Origin: Enoplolaimus lenunculus
Taxonomy: Eukaryota
Assembly (NCBI GenBank): GCA_030248215.1
Contig: JASANG010003092.1
Span: 744,001 to 808,000, forward strand
Direction: 5' to 3'
Length of the DNA stretch: 64,000 bases
Under the pieces are notes generated by a model. The model searched no databases and had not been told where the DNA came from. It saw nothing but the letters and a program-made list of their open reading frames with translations. Below are positions 1 to 12,800 of the stretch, one piece after another. How positions within the stretch are numbered: position 1 is the stretch's first letter; each line of letters starts with the position of its first letter. Made by a program: the position numbers and the translations under genes.

Positions 1-298
1 GTCACCGAAATGAAACTCTCTTTCGACATTTCAAGTTGAAGCTTTGTATACGTACCGGGCGCAACAAATATGCCGTCGTAGGCAACGATACGGTGAGGCA
101 TTGCGACTCTAACTGTTGCGCCGTCCGCTGGGTGAACATCGTAAATTTGCGATGGAGTTTGCTCGCTGTGTAAGTCAATCACCACGATCAGACCCTTGTT
201 TGCCGCAGTCTGATAGTGTCCAGACATGCGGATCACGTGACAGACACCCTTGTCTAAATCGAGAAACGGTTGGATTGTGTCGGCAGGACATGGTTTGC
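1..298 (-). CDS. DEG/ENaC subunit, coding exon 2 (runs off the window)
   Basis: Acceptor TTTCAG; continues in phase as GKPCPADTIQPFLDLDKGVCHVI...NKGLIVVIDLHSEQ...DGATVRV...GIFVAPGTYTKL, typical of the DEG/ENaC palm/beta-ball strands. Confidence 0.88.
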
Positions 299-577
299 CT
301 GAAATGCACCCCAAATCCTATATTTAGGTCAAGCGTAACTTGTAAGCCACTGTTTATTTCGTTAACATATTGCCGCAATCATCCTCGCACTAGTTTTCTC
401 CAAAGTTAAACCTCAAATATTATATAATTCAATTTTTTTTTAAATGTTAATATTACTACCATTAAAGCGACATGTGCTCTTTGACAAATCTAACGCAATC
501 ATCACCGCCACGCTGGCCAAGGAAGACTTAAAATCTAATTGAAATAATTTTCTGCAAATTTTACGCCGTTTGTTTAC

Positions 578-1304
578 CTTTAAATGTGCATTCAGCGATA
601 ATTTCATCCGCCCGCAAACTGACGTCGAAAATTTCTTGCTGCTGACGCCACAACAACGGCGGACGGTCGTCTGGAAACGGAACCGACGCTTGAAGTGCAG
701 GTAACAGATCGGAAATTTGCGTAAACAACCCTGCGACTCCTTCTTGGGGCGCAATAGCACTTCGAAAAAATCCAACTCGCTGTTGAACGCCATAAGACGC
801 CAAATTGAACGCAGTGAAATTAACAAAGTTCGACGGACAAATTGTAATATCTGGAAACGGCATAGTTCGCTTTAACTCAACGTGGATCGAAGTTTGAATT
901 GGATTAACGTAAAATTCACGGAAACAATTGAATGTTGAGTAGACCAGGATTGCAATTGCGAGCACAAGAATGGTACCCCAAAACGCGAACGAAGGTTTTG
1001 ACTGAGCAATGTGTAAATCTTGGAGCCCGTGGCATGTCATTCGATCAACAAATTCTTTGTACCGGAACTTCGGGTCGGGCTTGTTTTCGAGCGTTTCTAA
1101 GTCCGGCGGCAAGAATAAATGTGAGCCACGACGCCGTTTGGTTTCCAATTGCTGGCGAATTTGGGTATCGTTTGGTGGGTCAAATTTGGGATTTGGGGTG
1201 AGAATACAATTAGGTTTCAGATTTGTAACCAGATCATCTGGTTTTAAACTTACGTGTTTTGGCGGTTCTTCGTCGATTGTGATGGTAACCATGTTACTCG
1301 GCAT
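578..1304 (-). CDS. DEG/ENaC (amiloride-sensitive sodium channel family) subunit, coding exon 1
   Basis: Pre-TM1 'RMTCHGL' HG motif, hydrophobic TM1 (FAFWGTILVLAIAILVY), post-TM1 'PFPDITICPSN' signature; donor AAG|GTAAAC, phase 1. Confidence 0.93.
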
Positions 1305-4300
1305 AGGAGAGGCTAATGTCTTATCTAAAGTTCAGCTGCCTAACAGATACATAGGTGATCGCTAAAAGCTAAGAAACAAACCTGTTTATGGAATAAACTT
1401 AGGTAATACAGGAAGATGAAAGTGGATCAACTTCTAACAAATATATTATTTTTTTAAATAAAAATATAAATCTGAATGAACATTTTCACTGAAATCTTAA
1501 CTTTTGTCTGTTTCACATGAATGAGAAATGAGAAGTATCAATCAACTGCAAAATTTAAGCTACGGGTTTGCAAATATAGTTTATTATCGTCGGCAGCAAC
1601 ACAATGATATTTGGAAATTTACATTCTTTTTGACGCTATTCTCAGAGCTGAGAGTCGAACGGTAATAAGCTCACTTCGATCGGCCCACGTAAAGATAAAA
1701 TCCGGACTTTTTTCCACAATTCTGAAATAGAGAATAGAGTAAAGCTTAAGCTTTACACTATTTTTTGCTCAGGCTTAGGCTTAGATATTTGCTTATCCTA
1801 CGCTGAAGATCAGGCTTAGACTTAGGATAATGCTTATACTACTGTTACGGCCCTGTTCTTTACATTGACCATTCAATCTAATAGTCAGTTCTTGATTTGG
1901 GCATAAAAAATTTTTGCTCGACTCTTTTCCGGTTCTACGTCCGCCTGCCCGGGTTTGCCCCAAAAGAGTCCAACTATAAACATGTTTGCAGATTGCCACT
2001 ACCTTCCGTAATCATTTCATGCCCAAATTTTTTTAAAAAATAATTTATCGCGGTCTCCGGTGTTCCGCCGTCTGCATCCAAAAAGGCGTGAACCCAAAAA
2101 TAGTAATCGAAAATTTTTTGAAGATTATCCCGACGATTTGACCTCAGATATTTTGTTTTACGACCAAACTGATCGAATTAATTGCTGGCAGGCACATAAC
2201 GGAAAGAGCCAATAACTGTTGTGACAAGTGGCACTTGGTGCACTTTGTTACGAAGAATGAAGTGTTGTATAACACAAGAACCTGATTTAGGAATTTGCAA
2301 CAAAGTTGACATTTTTCCATTCAGGTCATCGTTCTGTATTCAATTATATACGAAATCATTTTAAACTCTGGCGATAACTTCTGTAGTATGCAAGAGCAAG
2401 TACTTCGAATAGTCATATTATGAAGAAGGCATAGTATAACAGTATGCAACTTTTGGGGTTTCGCATGGTACAAAATGTACCACCGGGCGTTGCGTTTTTG
2501 CCAACCCCCATTATTTTGAAGGAGGTCGATGTATGTGGGGTCGCTGTCGATAACTCTAAAACAAAGCTATATATAAGCGGAGCTTTTTTGATGCCGGATA
2601 CATCAAATGCCAAGGTTTGCGTAGAGTGGAGACACTATTTTCTACACAGAACGTACCCAGTTGCACACTGTTGTTAAGAGAGCCATTATCGACTCTTAAT
2701 AAAATGTACATAAAACACTAAACATTGCCGATTATTTGATACTCATAAACAATCATTTTGTGCCTCAGAGTTCTGCAATAGTCAGATAAACTATAGTTAA
2801 AACAAGTACTAAAGGAACGAAACGAAGTTTTATAAACCTGAAAAACACAAAATTTGATTTCAGATATCCAGATAAATATCCGGTAAGAATTGCAGAATAC
2901 CCGAGGTATGAAAACCTATGCGATGCACATCACTAATTATGACATTATCAACTTTTGTTTACACAGTATTTGTGCAAAGTTACCATAGAAAGTGTATAAG
3001 ATATTTATTCATCAAGATAATATTTTTAAGTCGTACAATATAGTTTGTCACCTAGAGCTAGAAAGTTCTATTTAATACAGTGAATCAATTATAAACCTAT
3101 TTTTCAACCTGGGGCGAAATTTCAAGTTATCTATGCTTACCAACCAAGTTATTAGATGATTCTTACAAAGTCTTAGTTAAACCACCAACATTTGTCATAT
3201 GTGACACAAAAATCAAAGGATTTATATCCGAGATTGCCCCCATTCATGTAGTAGTACGTTTAATAAATAACTTTGTCTAAAAATGAATAATCGCGAATAA
3301 TAACAGTAAAAAATTTACAGAAGTTTTCGGAAGTATCAAGACTGTAAATGTAAATTATTGCAACAAAAAAGTATATAAACAAGTACGTTTTGTTCAACCA
3401 AAAACTCTTATTACAGTCATGTTTATGACGAAAATAGCAGCAAAAAACTGGCAAAACACAACTGCTGCAAAGGCGTAGTTTTTGAGTTGTGGCCTCACTG
3501 GCTATGAGGTCAATCGTGCAAATGCCCGATGCGGTGTTTGACATTTGGATTAATTTTGTGCTGTTTTTGTAAGATGACGCTGCTGTCCACTGTAAACATC
3601 CATTTCGAAAGGATACTAAGCACTCCCACAGTAAAAGCAGTCTATTAACGAGGCAGCTGATATCCTTGATTTAAAAATCCACGTTACTGTTCTACGCTGT
3701 TCTTTTAAAGTTTCCAGCAATAGTCCAGAACATGAAACTCTGAGGAATTTAATAAAAACTGGTTTGTTGATAAAATGGTTCAAAAAGTACGTCTCTTTCA
3801 ATTTTTAGCATATATATTATGACATTGTTAGGAAATTTCTTTTTGAGACGCCTGGCGGCCGTCTCTATTATCAGCAGTTCATATCTCGGGGTACCAATTT
3901 TACAAATAACCGTTGTCCAGGAATTACAGAAAAGCTTGAAGCATTGAACAAATTGAAGTTTGCTTTAATCTTTATGGTTGTCTATTGCTTAATCGTTTTT
4001 GCAGACCTTTAAACGGCATGATTATTTATTGTTGTTTTCGATATTAATAAATTTCGATCAAGAGTCGAATATTTTAAATTGGCGGCGGAGGTATGGTATA
4101 TGACACCTAGAAACTTTACTGAAGTGTCTTGTTTGATAGATTCATAGACGGTCGAGTCCAGGCTGCGACGGTATACCTTCAAATCCACACTTACCCCGTC
4201 TACAATGCCGCTTTTAGGGGCTGCTTGTTAAATCTTTGAGTGTTAGTACCTACTATAATTTCATGGACCATTACGATTAAATCTTTGACATTCAGCCATA

Positions 4301-7300
4301 ACAATGGTACCGTTTAACAGAGCTTAATAGGATAGCCTACTTTTCATTCTATTTCCAGGGGTCGAGATTTCGGCCAACGTAAAGAACTGTGGCGGAACAG
4401 TATTATAAACATATTTCTAAGCCTAACGTAAAGCGTAAGCCTAAGCCTAACCGCACGAATGAGCATATTCCTAAGCCTAAGCCTAAGCCTATAAGCCTAA
4501 GCCAAGCAAACAAAAAAATTAGTCTAAAGCTTAAAGCTACTCTATTCTAGTTTCATAGAAAAAAGTTCCGCCCTTGATTTTTATGGGCTCAGATTTCATA
4601 CGTTTGACCGCTTTTCATGCTTCAAGCTTAAATCTACAAGCTAAGCCTTAACCAAAGCTCGCATCAAATACTAAATCTGAGCCTATGAAAGCACATCCTG
4701 AGCCTAAAGCCGAATCCTAAACATAATCCTACGTACGATACGCCAAAATCTGACAAATTTAACAACTGCGGGGGAATGTGTGAATATACACGAACGATTT
4801 TTGCCTTCCCGTACCTTAGTCAGTTAACGTTTTTCGAGTGTTTATTTAAATTTTTTAAAAACTGTTTCTATTTAATACGCAAGTCAAAGAAATAATCGAC
4901 CCAACTTGCAAAATGGCTAAAATTCAAAAGGATTTGTGAATCAAATACACTAATTTTCTTCGAACAAGGCAATGTGTTCTATTTCAAATGCGCTTTGACG
5001 TCTGTTTTATAGTTGAATCAGATTGTGAATTAACTTGAATTTGAAAATACCACCAACTGAAGGAATATTATAGGCTGTGTAGCAAAATTGATAAGAATGT
5101 CATTTTTGAAAGCCTAATGTTTACGTGGGTGACATATTTTGATGTTTTAAAAGGATTTAATTTTGTTTACGCTTTTTTATAGCAGCTTTTTAGTATCAGT
5201 CGCGAAATCCCTACCAGCAACCACAAATTGCTAGTAGACATCAGGGTGCACCTGGAGGTGAAAAGTATTGGAGACAGAGATGGAGGTCAAAATTTGCAAA
5301 AGCCGGTGATGAAGCTAAAAGTGAAGCGAAGTTAGATAGTAAAGATAAAGTTAACTTTGTTAATTTTAGTAAATATCTGTAAGGGTGACGCTATACTTTT
5401 GATGACGTCCGGCGCCTCGCGTCACCGTGCGGCGCTGTTCATCACCGTACCGTCACCGTAAGGTATAGTACGTGAATTACTCACGTACAATTATGGAGAC
5501 GAACGGTGACGGATAGCGCCGCACAATAAAAATATAGCACCACTCAAAGACGTTGTGAAAAATTTGGTTTTAGGCTAATTTTTAAGAAACTAGTAAAATT
5601 TATTACAGAGAAGGCAAGATAAATTTTATATATTAAACATAGAAAACTTTTGCCAATGTAAAGAACAAGGGCGGAACAGTATTATAAGCTTATTGCTAAG
5701 CCTAAAGCCTAAGCCTAAGCCAAGCAAAAAATTAGTCTAAAGTCTAAGCTATTAACATAAGCCTAAGCAACACTTCCGTGATTTTAGGACGCGGAATGTT
5801 CGTAAAAGGGTCGGCGCCCAGCTCCCTTGTTCCCTGTACCTGCGGCACTGCATCAACGGAATATTAAAACAGTACAAATAAATTTTTCAAATTTTAGTTC
5901 TACAAATTTAGTAAACGTACAAGATCTGTTAAGCGATTTCACCATAGAGGTCAAGTCTGCTAGATTCGACCGGGTTAGCAACCCTGCGAGTGGGATATAC
6001 TTCTATTAGAATAATTTAACCCCCCCAGCAGAAAAGTTTTAGCCGCAGTTCAAAAATCATTCAAAATCGCCCACGGTTCTTATTGAATTTATTGATGCTT
6101 CGTGTATATGTGATCCATTTAAGTATATTTGTATCACGCTTCATATTGGTAAGACCCGTATTTACAACCACCGTGCCTTTGAGGTATAACTGTTCGCCAC
6201 TGTGCCTTTGAAGTATAACTGTTCGCCACTGTGCGGCAAGAGTGAACATTGGCCAAGCAAGAAAAACAACACAACCAAAGAATTTATTTTTCTGTCATAA
6301 ACGACACTTAATATTATCGGCTTAAAGGTCGGTATTGTCAACAGTGTATAGCACCTATCGGCGTCAGCTAATGATAAATTCAGTAATTTTCAACAAACCA
6401 GTGAAATGATATTTATGATAGTTTGCGCATTTTGAGCGACGAAATACTGTGGTAACGATATATAAAAATTTGTGTCAGTAAAAACTAAAGTAATTTTCAC
6501 TTGTTCGAAACTTTATTACTTACGCTGTCAGGCAATAGGTGCTATGACCATTTCAGAATACGGCTTAAGCTATTGTACGTGGATGAATTGTAACAGTAAT
6601 GCTATAATACGAGTATTCGACATTGAAAGATTCTGACATTGTGTTACGAATCAACGTAAATCACGAAACACGCAAGTCACTAAAACGCAGCAAACACTGA
6701 AATCACAGAAAACTTTATTGCTGGATACAAGCGAATTTGAATTTGTTTCAACTAAGAATGGTGCTGTACTTTTTAAAAATTTTAATGTCATCTGTCACTG
6801 CTCGTCGACGGCATCGTCCGTCAACTGGCTTTACAGAGTACTCGCCGCGCAACAAGTACAGCTCCACTCTGACAGGGTGCACTGTTTGATTATTGGGCTC
6901 AGAGGCGGAACGTTTTTCTGTGAGACAGCAACAAAGTAAGATTATAAGTTTTAGACCAACTTTTTGTTTATGCTTAGACTTAGGCTTACGCTACGATATA
7001 AGCTTATTTTTACGCTTTGGCTTAGACTTAGAAATATGCTTATATTACAATTACGGCCGTGTTCTATACATTAGCCGATTAGTGGCACGTGAAAATGGTG
7101 ATTTCGGTGCTTTAGTGCGTTTTAGGACAGCAAATAAGTGCATTAAAATAAACTATTAAATCGAGTAGCACACAAAATGCCCTGCGTCCGATAAAAAAGA
7201 TTGCGTTTAAAAGCTTAACTTAAAACTGCTTCGATGGTAGTTATCTATAGCTAAATTTTGAACTCCTTAATACTCTCTCGCTTCCGAACTCACGTTACCA

Positions 7301-7542
7301 AGCTCACACCATTTTAGACCTACGGAAGCTTGTTCATATCTTTTCACTGAAATAACACAAAGTTCAACAGAGGCCCAGTACAATCAATACATTGCAAAAC
7401 GTTTTTATTTTGAAATTCAAAAAAATTTTAAATTTCGATTGTCCTGTCACTTACTTAAAGCCTGATTTTAACCCCTTGGGGAAATAGAAAATATCCATAT
7501 GAGAAAGGGTTAAGCGAAAAATTTTCAGTTTACTATTAATGA

Positions 7543-7809
7543 CCCCTTCTCACATTGAGTTGCCTATAGGCAACTCAGCCCAGTGTATATACAGTAAATA
7601 ATATATATCACACCGTGTTCAACAATTGCAACACGTATACATAGCACTAAATCACCACAAGACGTGAGAGCCCCCTCGAGCTCGAGCGTCAAGCTCCTAT
7701 AGCTGAGTGGTGATGGTATACGCCTCCCACTCCAGTCACTGGAGTTTGAATCCTAGCATAAAAGTAGGTCTCAGGGGAAAAAGAAAATATTCATGTGAGA
7801 AAGGGTTAA
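7543..7809 (+). mobile_element. Second copy of the TTAA/piggyBac-type MITE
   Basis: Near-identical reverse complement of 43177-43439; ends GAGAAAGGG|TTAA; partial copy at about 33505-33651. Confidence 0.82.
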
Positions 7810-9588
7810 GGGTATTTCCTGGTACAAAGGTAAACACATTTGCCTTATAATCCATAAAGCAGGACAGTAAGTGCTTGTCCATAAATTAAAAACTTACAGA
7901 ACCAAAAAATAATAAAATAACAATAAAATAGTGAATTATATTAAAAATCAAAATTTCCATTTGGTATACACTGTGGTGGATTGGTTACAACCTGCTTGAC
8001 CTCTGTCATAGTGATCATTTGCCTGTCCATAATCAGACGGGGGTCAGGAGCAGAATGTGATATGGGCAAGGATTGTTTCGCCTGACCCACGCTTTACCCA
8101 GGCAAACAAGAATTTGTTACCACGGGTTTACCCACGTCAAAAATCTGCCCACGACCCACCTTTTATTCACGCCTGAAGTTAAACAAGATTTTAAAGATTG
8201 CTGGTTATTTGCACTTCAATGAAGTTTTGCGTTTTAGTTTCAATGAATTTTACGCATGAAAGCTTACTAGAAACAAGCCACCTTTGTCACAATATCAAAA
8301 ACCCTCACATCCCTCTTGGAGAAATTATGTTCCCCTCCCCAGCAATATTTACTACCGTTTGTGGGTCATACAAGACACTTGGGCGCGGTCACTCTAAATC
8401 TATATGACTTCGTGAAACGGGGCAGAAGCTAAACCAGAACAGTGGTTAACAGACCAATGAGAAAAGCCGTCACCTAAAACCACAAACTAGAATTAGCGCT
8501 AACGCTATACTTTTTGGTACATTTAATATTATTCAGCGGTGTCCTGCACAGTATCACGACAATTCGTCACCGGACAACTTGCCACACGACAACTTGAAAT
8601 CCGAAATCTCATCGACTCGACAATTCTTCGCCCATTATTATGCTTAAATTTATTCAAAGGCTTTAGGACACTGTTGGGCGACAAGTTTTCGGGCGACGTA
8701 TTGTCGTAGACTCGTTTTTACACAGTGAAGCGATGGTACGTCAATTAATCTACGGTGCCAGATGGCACAGAATAACTTATTTGTAGATGAAAAAATTTGT
8801 CTACTTGCGACACCGTACGGCAAGCATATCACCCACCCTTACTTTTACGGAAAGCTGATTTAAGTTAACCGAATTTTTAAGCGAAATTGAAGTTTACGTG
8901 CCTGTTCCGCACAAAAAATCGTCCAATTGAACAACAGCGATTCAAGCTTAACAACAAGTTAAACTGAAAGATAAGGTGATATATGGTTATACAACATTAA
9001 TCATTTCCATTGTGACGATATTGTGCAATGCTGCATTCAATGTATTAAAATTGTTCAACCAGTTTATAAACAATGCTTAAACAATTAAATTCCAATTCCG
9101 TGCCACGGCAGCGTAAATTACACTGTCGCTAACGGAATCGAGTTCAAATTCGTAAATTTCATTATTTTCTAACGATAAATTCTTATCATTTCTCTAAGTC
9201 GGCATTCCAGTAGACACATGAAGTTAAATAATTAAAATCAGATAGCGCTATGGAATGGAATTTAGATTTTCCACAATTCAACCAATAATTAATATGGATG
9301 ATGTATTATATATTGTCGTGTCCTGAACACCTATTCGTCATTGTAGGCATTTTTTGGTTGTCCTAAACAAATTCCAATTGTCATTCACGACAGGCGCAGT
9401 CGCTGCTGGAAAACAAAATACGCTTAGAGAATGTGCAGATTAAACAGGTGTTCGCAGCAATATCAATGATAGTATGCTCAGTAGCTTTACTCTATTGTAT
9501 ATAAGTGTTTGAATCGGCGGAGTTATCTACTGCAACAGGCATTCTAAACACGACGCTAAGAAGCTTAAACATTTTCAAAATTTAAATT

Positions 9589-9810
9589 TCACTTCGTAAA
9601 ATTCGTCTTGCTCTTTGCCAAATCGGTACCAGTCGTGTCGCCTCCGATCCCAAACGCTCCAAAACTTTCACGAACTCCATGAACGTATTTTCGAAATCGA
9701 CCAAGCATAAAATCAACAATTTCATACTCGTTCGCTTGTAACGAAACGTCAGCTTTAATTTCAGCAATCGCATCGTTAACAACTGTCATAAAGATACCCG
9801 CAACAAGCAC
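9589..9810 (-). CDS. PKD1-like exon 55, end of S6 and C-tail
   Basis: VLVAGIFMTVVNDAIAEIK...YEIVDFMLGRF, TGA at 9589. It could instead splice at ACTG|GTACCG to a small exon near 9406. Confidence 0.82.
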   Translation of the reverse strand: MLVAGIFMTVVNDAIAEIKADVSLQANEYEIVDFMLGRFRKYVHGVRESFGAFGIGGDTTGTDLAKSKTNFTK

Positions 9811-12800
9811 CTGAAACACCAAACAAACTGATAAACTTTTTACGTAAACGAAGAAATTTGGTGAGAAAATAATATCAAATGAACCAATAATTAAAACTGC
9901 GTATAAACGATGAAAATCGCATAAAAATCTGACAATTTTATCGTGTATTAGAGACATTCGAAGGCATAAGATGCCGGACGGGTAGCCAGAAGGGGAACCA
10001 AGGGTGATCAGGAATATTTGGAAAAATTTTGCCACCGCTGCCGACAGTTAATTTCAAACCAGCTAGCAGGAAATTTACAAATTTGGCTAATCTATCAGTT
10101 TTGATCAATTCCAGTTGTTTGCTCGTTTGCTTGGTGTGCCACATGCAAAGAATACGGTTCCATAAACGAGGTTACTCGCTTTGTTACCAAAATATTAAGC
10201 ATTTTTTCAATCATAACCCAATCAATTACAAAAAGTGCGACTAAAACATACCACCATAAAAGCAGCAAACGCAAAAAAGAACAACGGACCCAACACTGAA
10301 TTAACATGTCGCATAACGTCGAAATCAAAATGACCAAGAATAAAGTTAAACAACGCCATACAGGCGTCTGAAGCTGACCGATACTGTGATAAGTGTTCGC
10401 CGAATAATAGCATACCAGAATGTCCGAACGCTGCTAACACAAGCAAGATAATTGCTGAAATACACAATTGTTATTTTAAGTAGTCAAATCATGATTGTTT
10501 GAGTGAAATTCGGCGGTTTACCAACTTTAAAAAACAATATTCAAATTGGAAAACTTATTTTGTATATTGAAAAACAAAACCCTCGGCCAATGTCACGTTT
10601 AAGGAAGTAGCCTAAGCAGCCTTAGCCGATACTTGAGCGTCAGAATTAGTCTTAAACTTAAGCTTATTGTTAAGCGCACAAAGTAGTCTGAAGCTTGACC
10701 CTGCTTTATTGATCTTCGGCGGGTGGACGATTATCCCAGGGTACACCCACGCAAGATAGATGTACACGCGACCTACCTTTACCTAGAATTATTTTTTGAG
10801 GACAGGGAAAATTTGTTTTAAGTTTTCCAGCAAATTGATATTATACAATAATAGTATAATCGCTTGACTTGGGTGTACATTATAATAAACTTTATTAGTA
10901 ACTCGCGGGCAGCGTATGTAAAACTAAGAATTTTGTGTTTGCCTAAAATTAAATTAACTTTGCCAAGCACCAAGGTAATTAAAACCGACACTTAATTCGG
11001 CAACAATTTTACTCAGTTTTAACCATATTTTTAGTGAGGGATTTAAAAACTGAGAACAGTATTTTATTCAAAACCAAAACCGCTTACTAATAAAAACCGA
11101 ATTCTTTTTGCCAATATTATTATTAACTTTGCCACGTACCAAAGCAATTAAAACCGACACTTAATTCGGCAACAATTTTACTCAGTTTTAACCATATTTT
11201 TAGGAGGGATTTAAAAACTGAGAACAGTATTTTATTCAAAACCAAAACCGCTTACTAATAAAAACCGAATTCTTTTTGCCAATATTATTATTAACTTTGC
11301 CACGTACCAAAGCAATTAAAACCGACACTTAATTCGGCAACAATTTTACTCAGTTTTAACCATATTTTTAGGAGGGATTTAAAAACTGAGAACAGTATTT
11401 TATTCAAAACCAAAACCGCTTACTAATAAAAACCGAATTCTTTTTGCCAATATTATTATTAACTTTGCCACGTACCAAAGCAATTAAAACCGACACTTAA
11501 TTCGGCAACAATTTTACTCAGTTTTAACCATATTTTTAGGAGGGATTTAAAAACTGAGAACAGTATTTTATTCAAAACCAAAACCGCTTACTAATAAAAA
11601 CCGAATTCTTTTTGCCAATATTATTATTAACTTTGCCACGTACCAAAGCAATTAAAACCGACACTTAATTCGGCAACAATTTTACTCAGTTTTAACCATA
11701 TTTTTAGGAGGGATTTAAAAACTGAGAACAGTATTTTATTCAAAACCAAAACCGCTTACTAATAAAAACCGAATTCTTTTTGCCAATATTATTATTAACT
11801 TTGCCACGTACCAAAGCAATTAAAACCGACACTTAATTCGGCAACAATTTTACTCAGTTTTAACCATTTTTTTAGTGAGGGATTTAAAAACTGAGAACAG
11901 TATTTTATTAAAAACCACAACCGCTTACTAATAAAAACCGAATTCTTTTTGCCAATATTATTATTAACTTTGCCACGTACCAAAGCAATTAAAACCGACA
12001 CTTAATTCGGCAACAATTTTACTCAGTTTTAACCATATTTTTAGTGAGGGATTTAAAAACTGAGAACAGTATTTTATTCAAAACCAAAACCGCTTACTAA
12101 TAAAAACCGAATTCTTTTTGCCAATATTATTATTAACTTTGCCACGTACCAAAGCAATAAAAACCGACACTTAATTCGGCAACAATTTTACTCAGTTTTA
12201 ACCATATTTTTAGTGAGGGATTTAAAAACTGAGAACAGTATTTTATTCAAAACCAAAACCGCTTACTAATAAAAACCGAATTCTTTTTGCCAATATTATT
12301 ATTAACTTTGCCACGTACCAAAGCAATTAAAACCGACACATAATTCGGCAACAATTTTACTCAGTTTTAACCATATTTTTAGTGAGGGATTTAAAAACTG
12401 AGAACAGTATTTTATTCAAAACCAAAACCGCTTACTAATAAAAACCGAATTCTTTTTGACAATATTATTATTAACTTTGCCACGTACCAAAGCAATTAAA
12501 ACCGACACATAATTCGGCAACAATTTTACTCAGTTTTAACCATATTTTTAGTGAGGGATTTAAAAACTGAGAACAGTATTTTATTAAAAACCACAACCGC
12601 TTACTAATAAAAACCGAATTCTTTTTGCCAATATTATTATTAACTTTGCCACGTACCAAAGCAATTAAAACCGACACTTAATTCGGCAACAATTTTACTC
12701 AGTTTTAACCATTTTTTTAGTGAGGGATTTAAAAACTGAGAACAGTATTTTATTAAAAACCACAACCGCTTACTAATAAAAACCGAATTCTTTTTGCCAA

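Noticed and set aside
7692..7760. Functional tRNA gene
   Set aside because: It has A/B boxes only, with no acceptor stem or cloverleaf, and sits inside a repeated element. The same applies to 17004, 43546 and 62929
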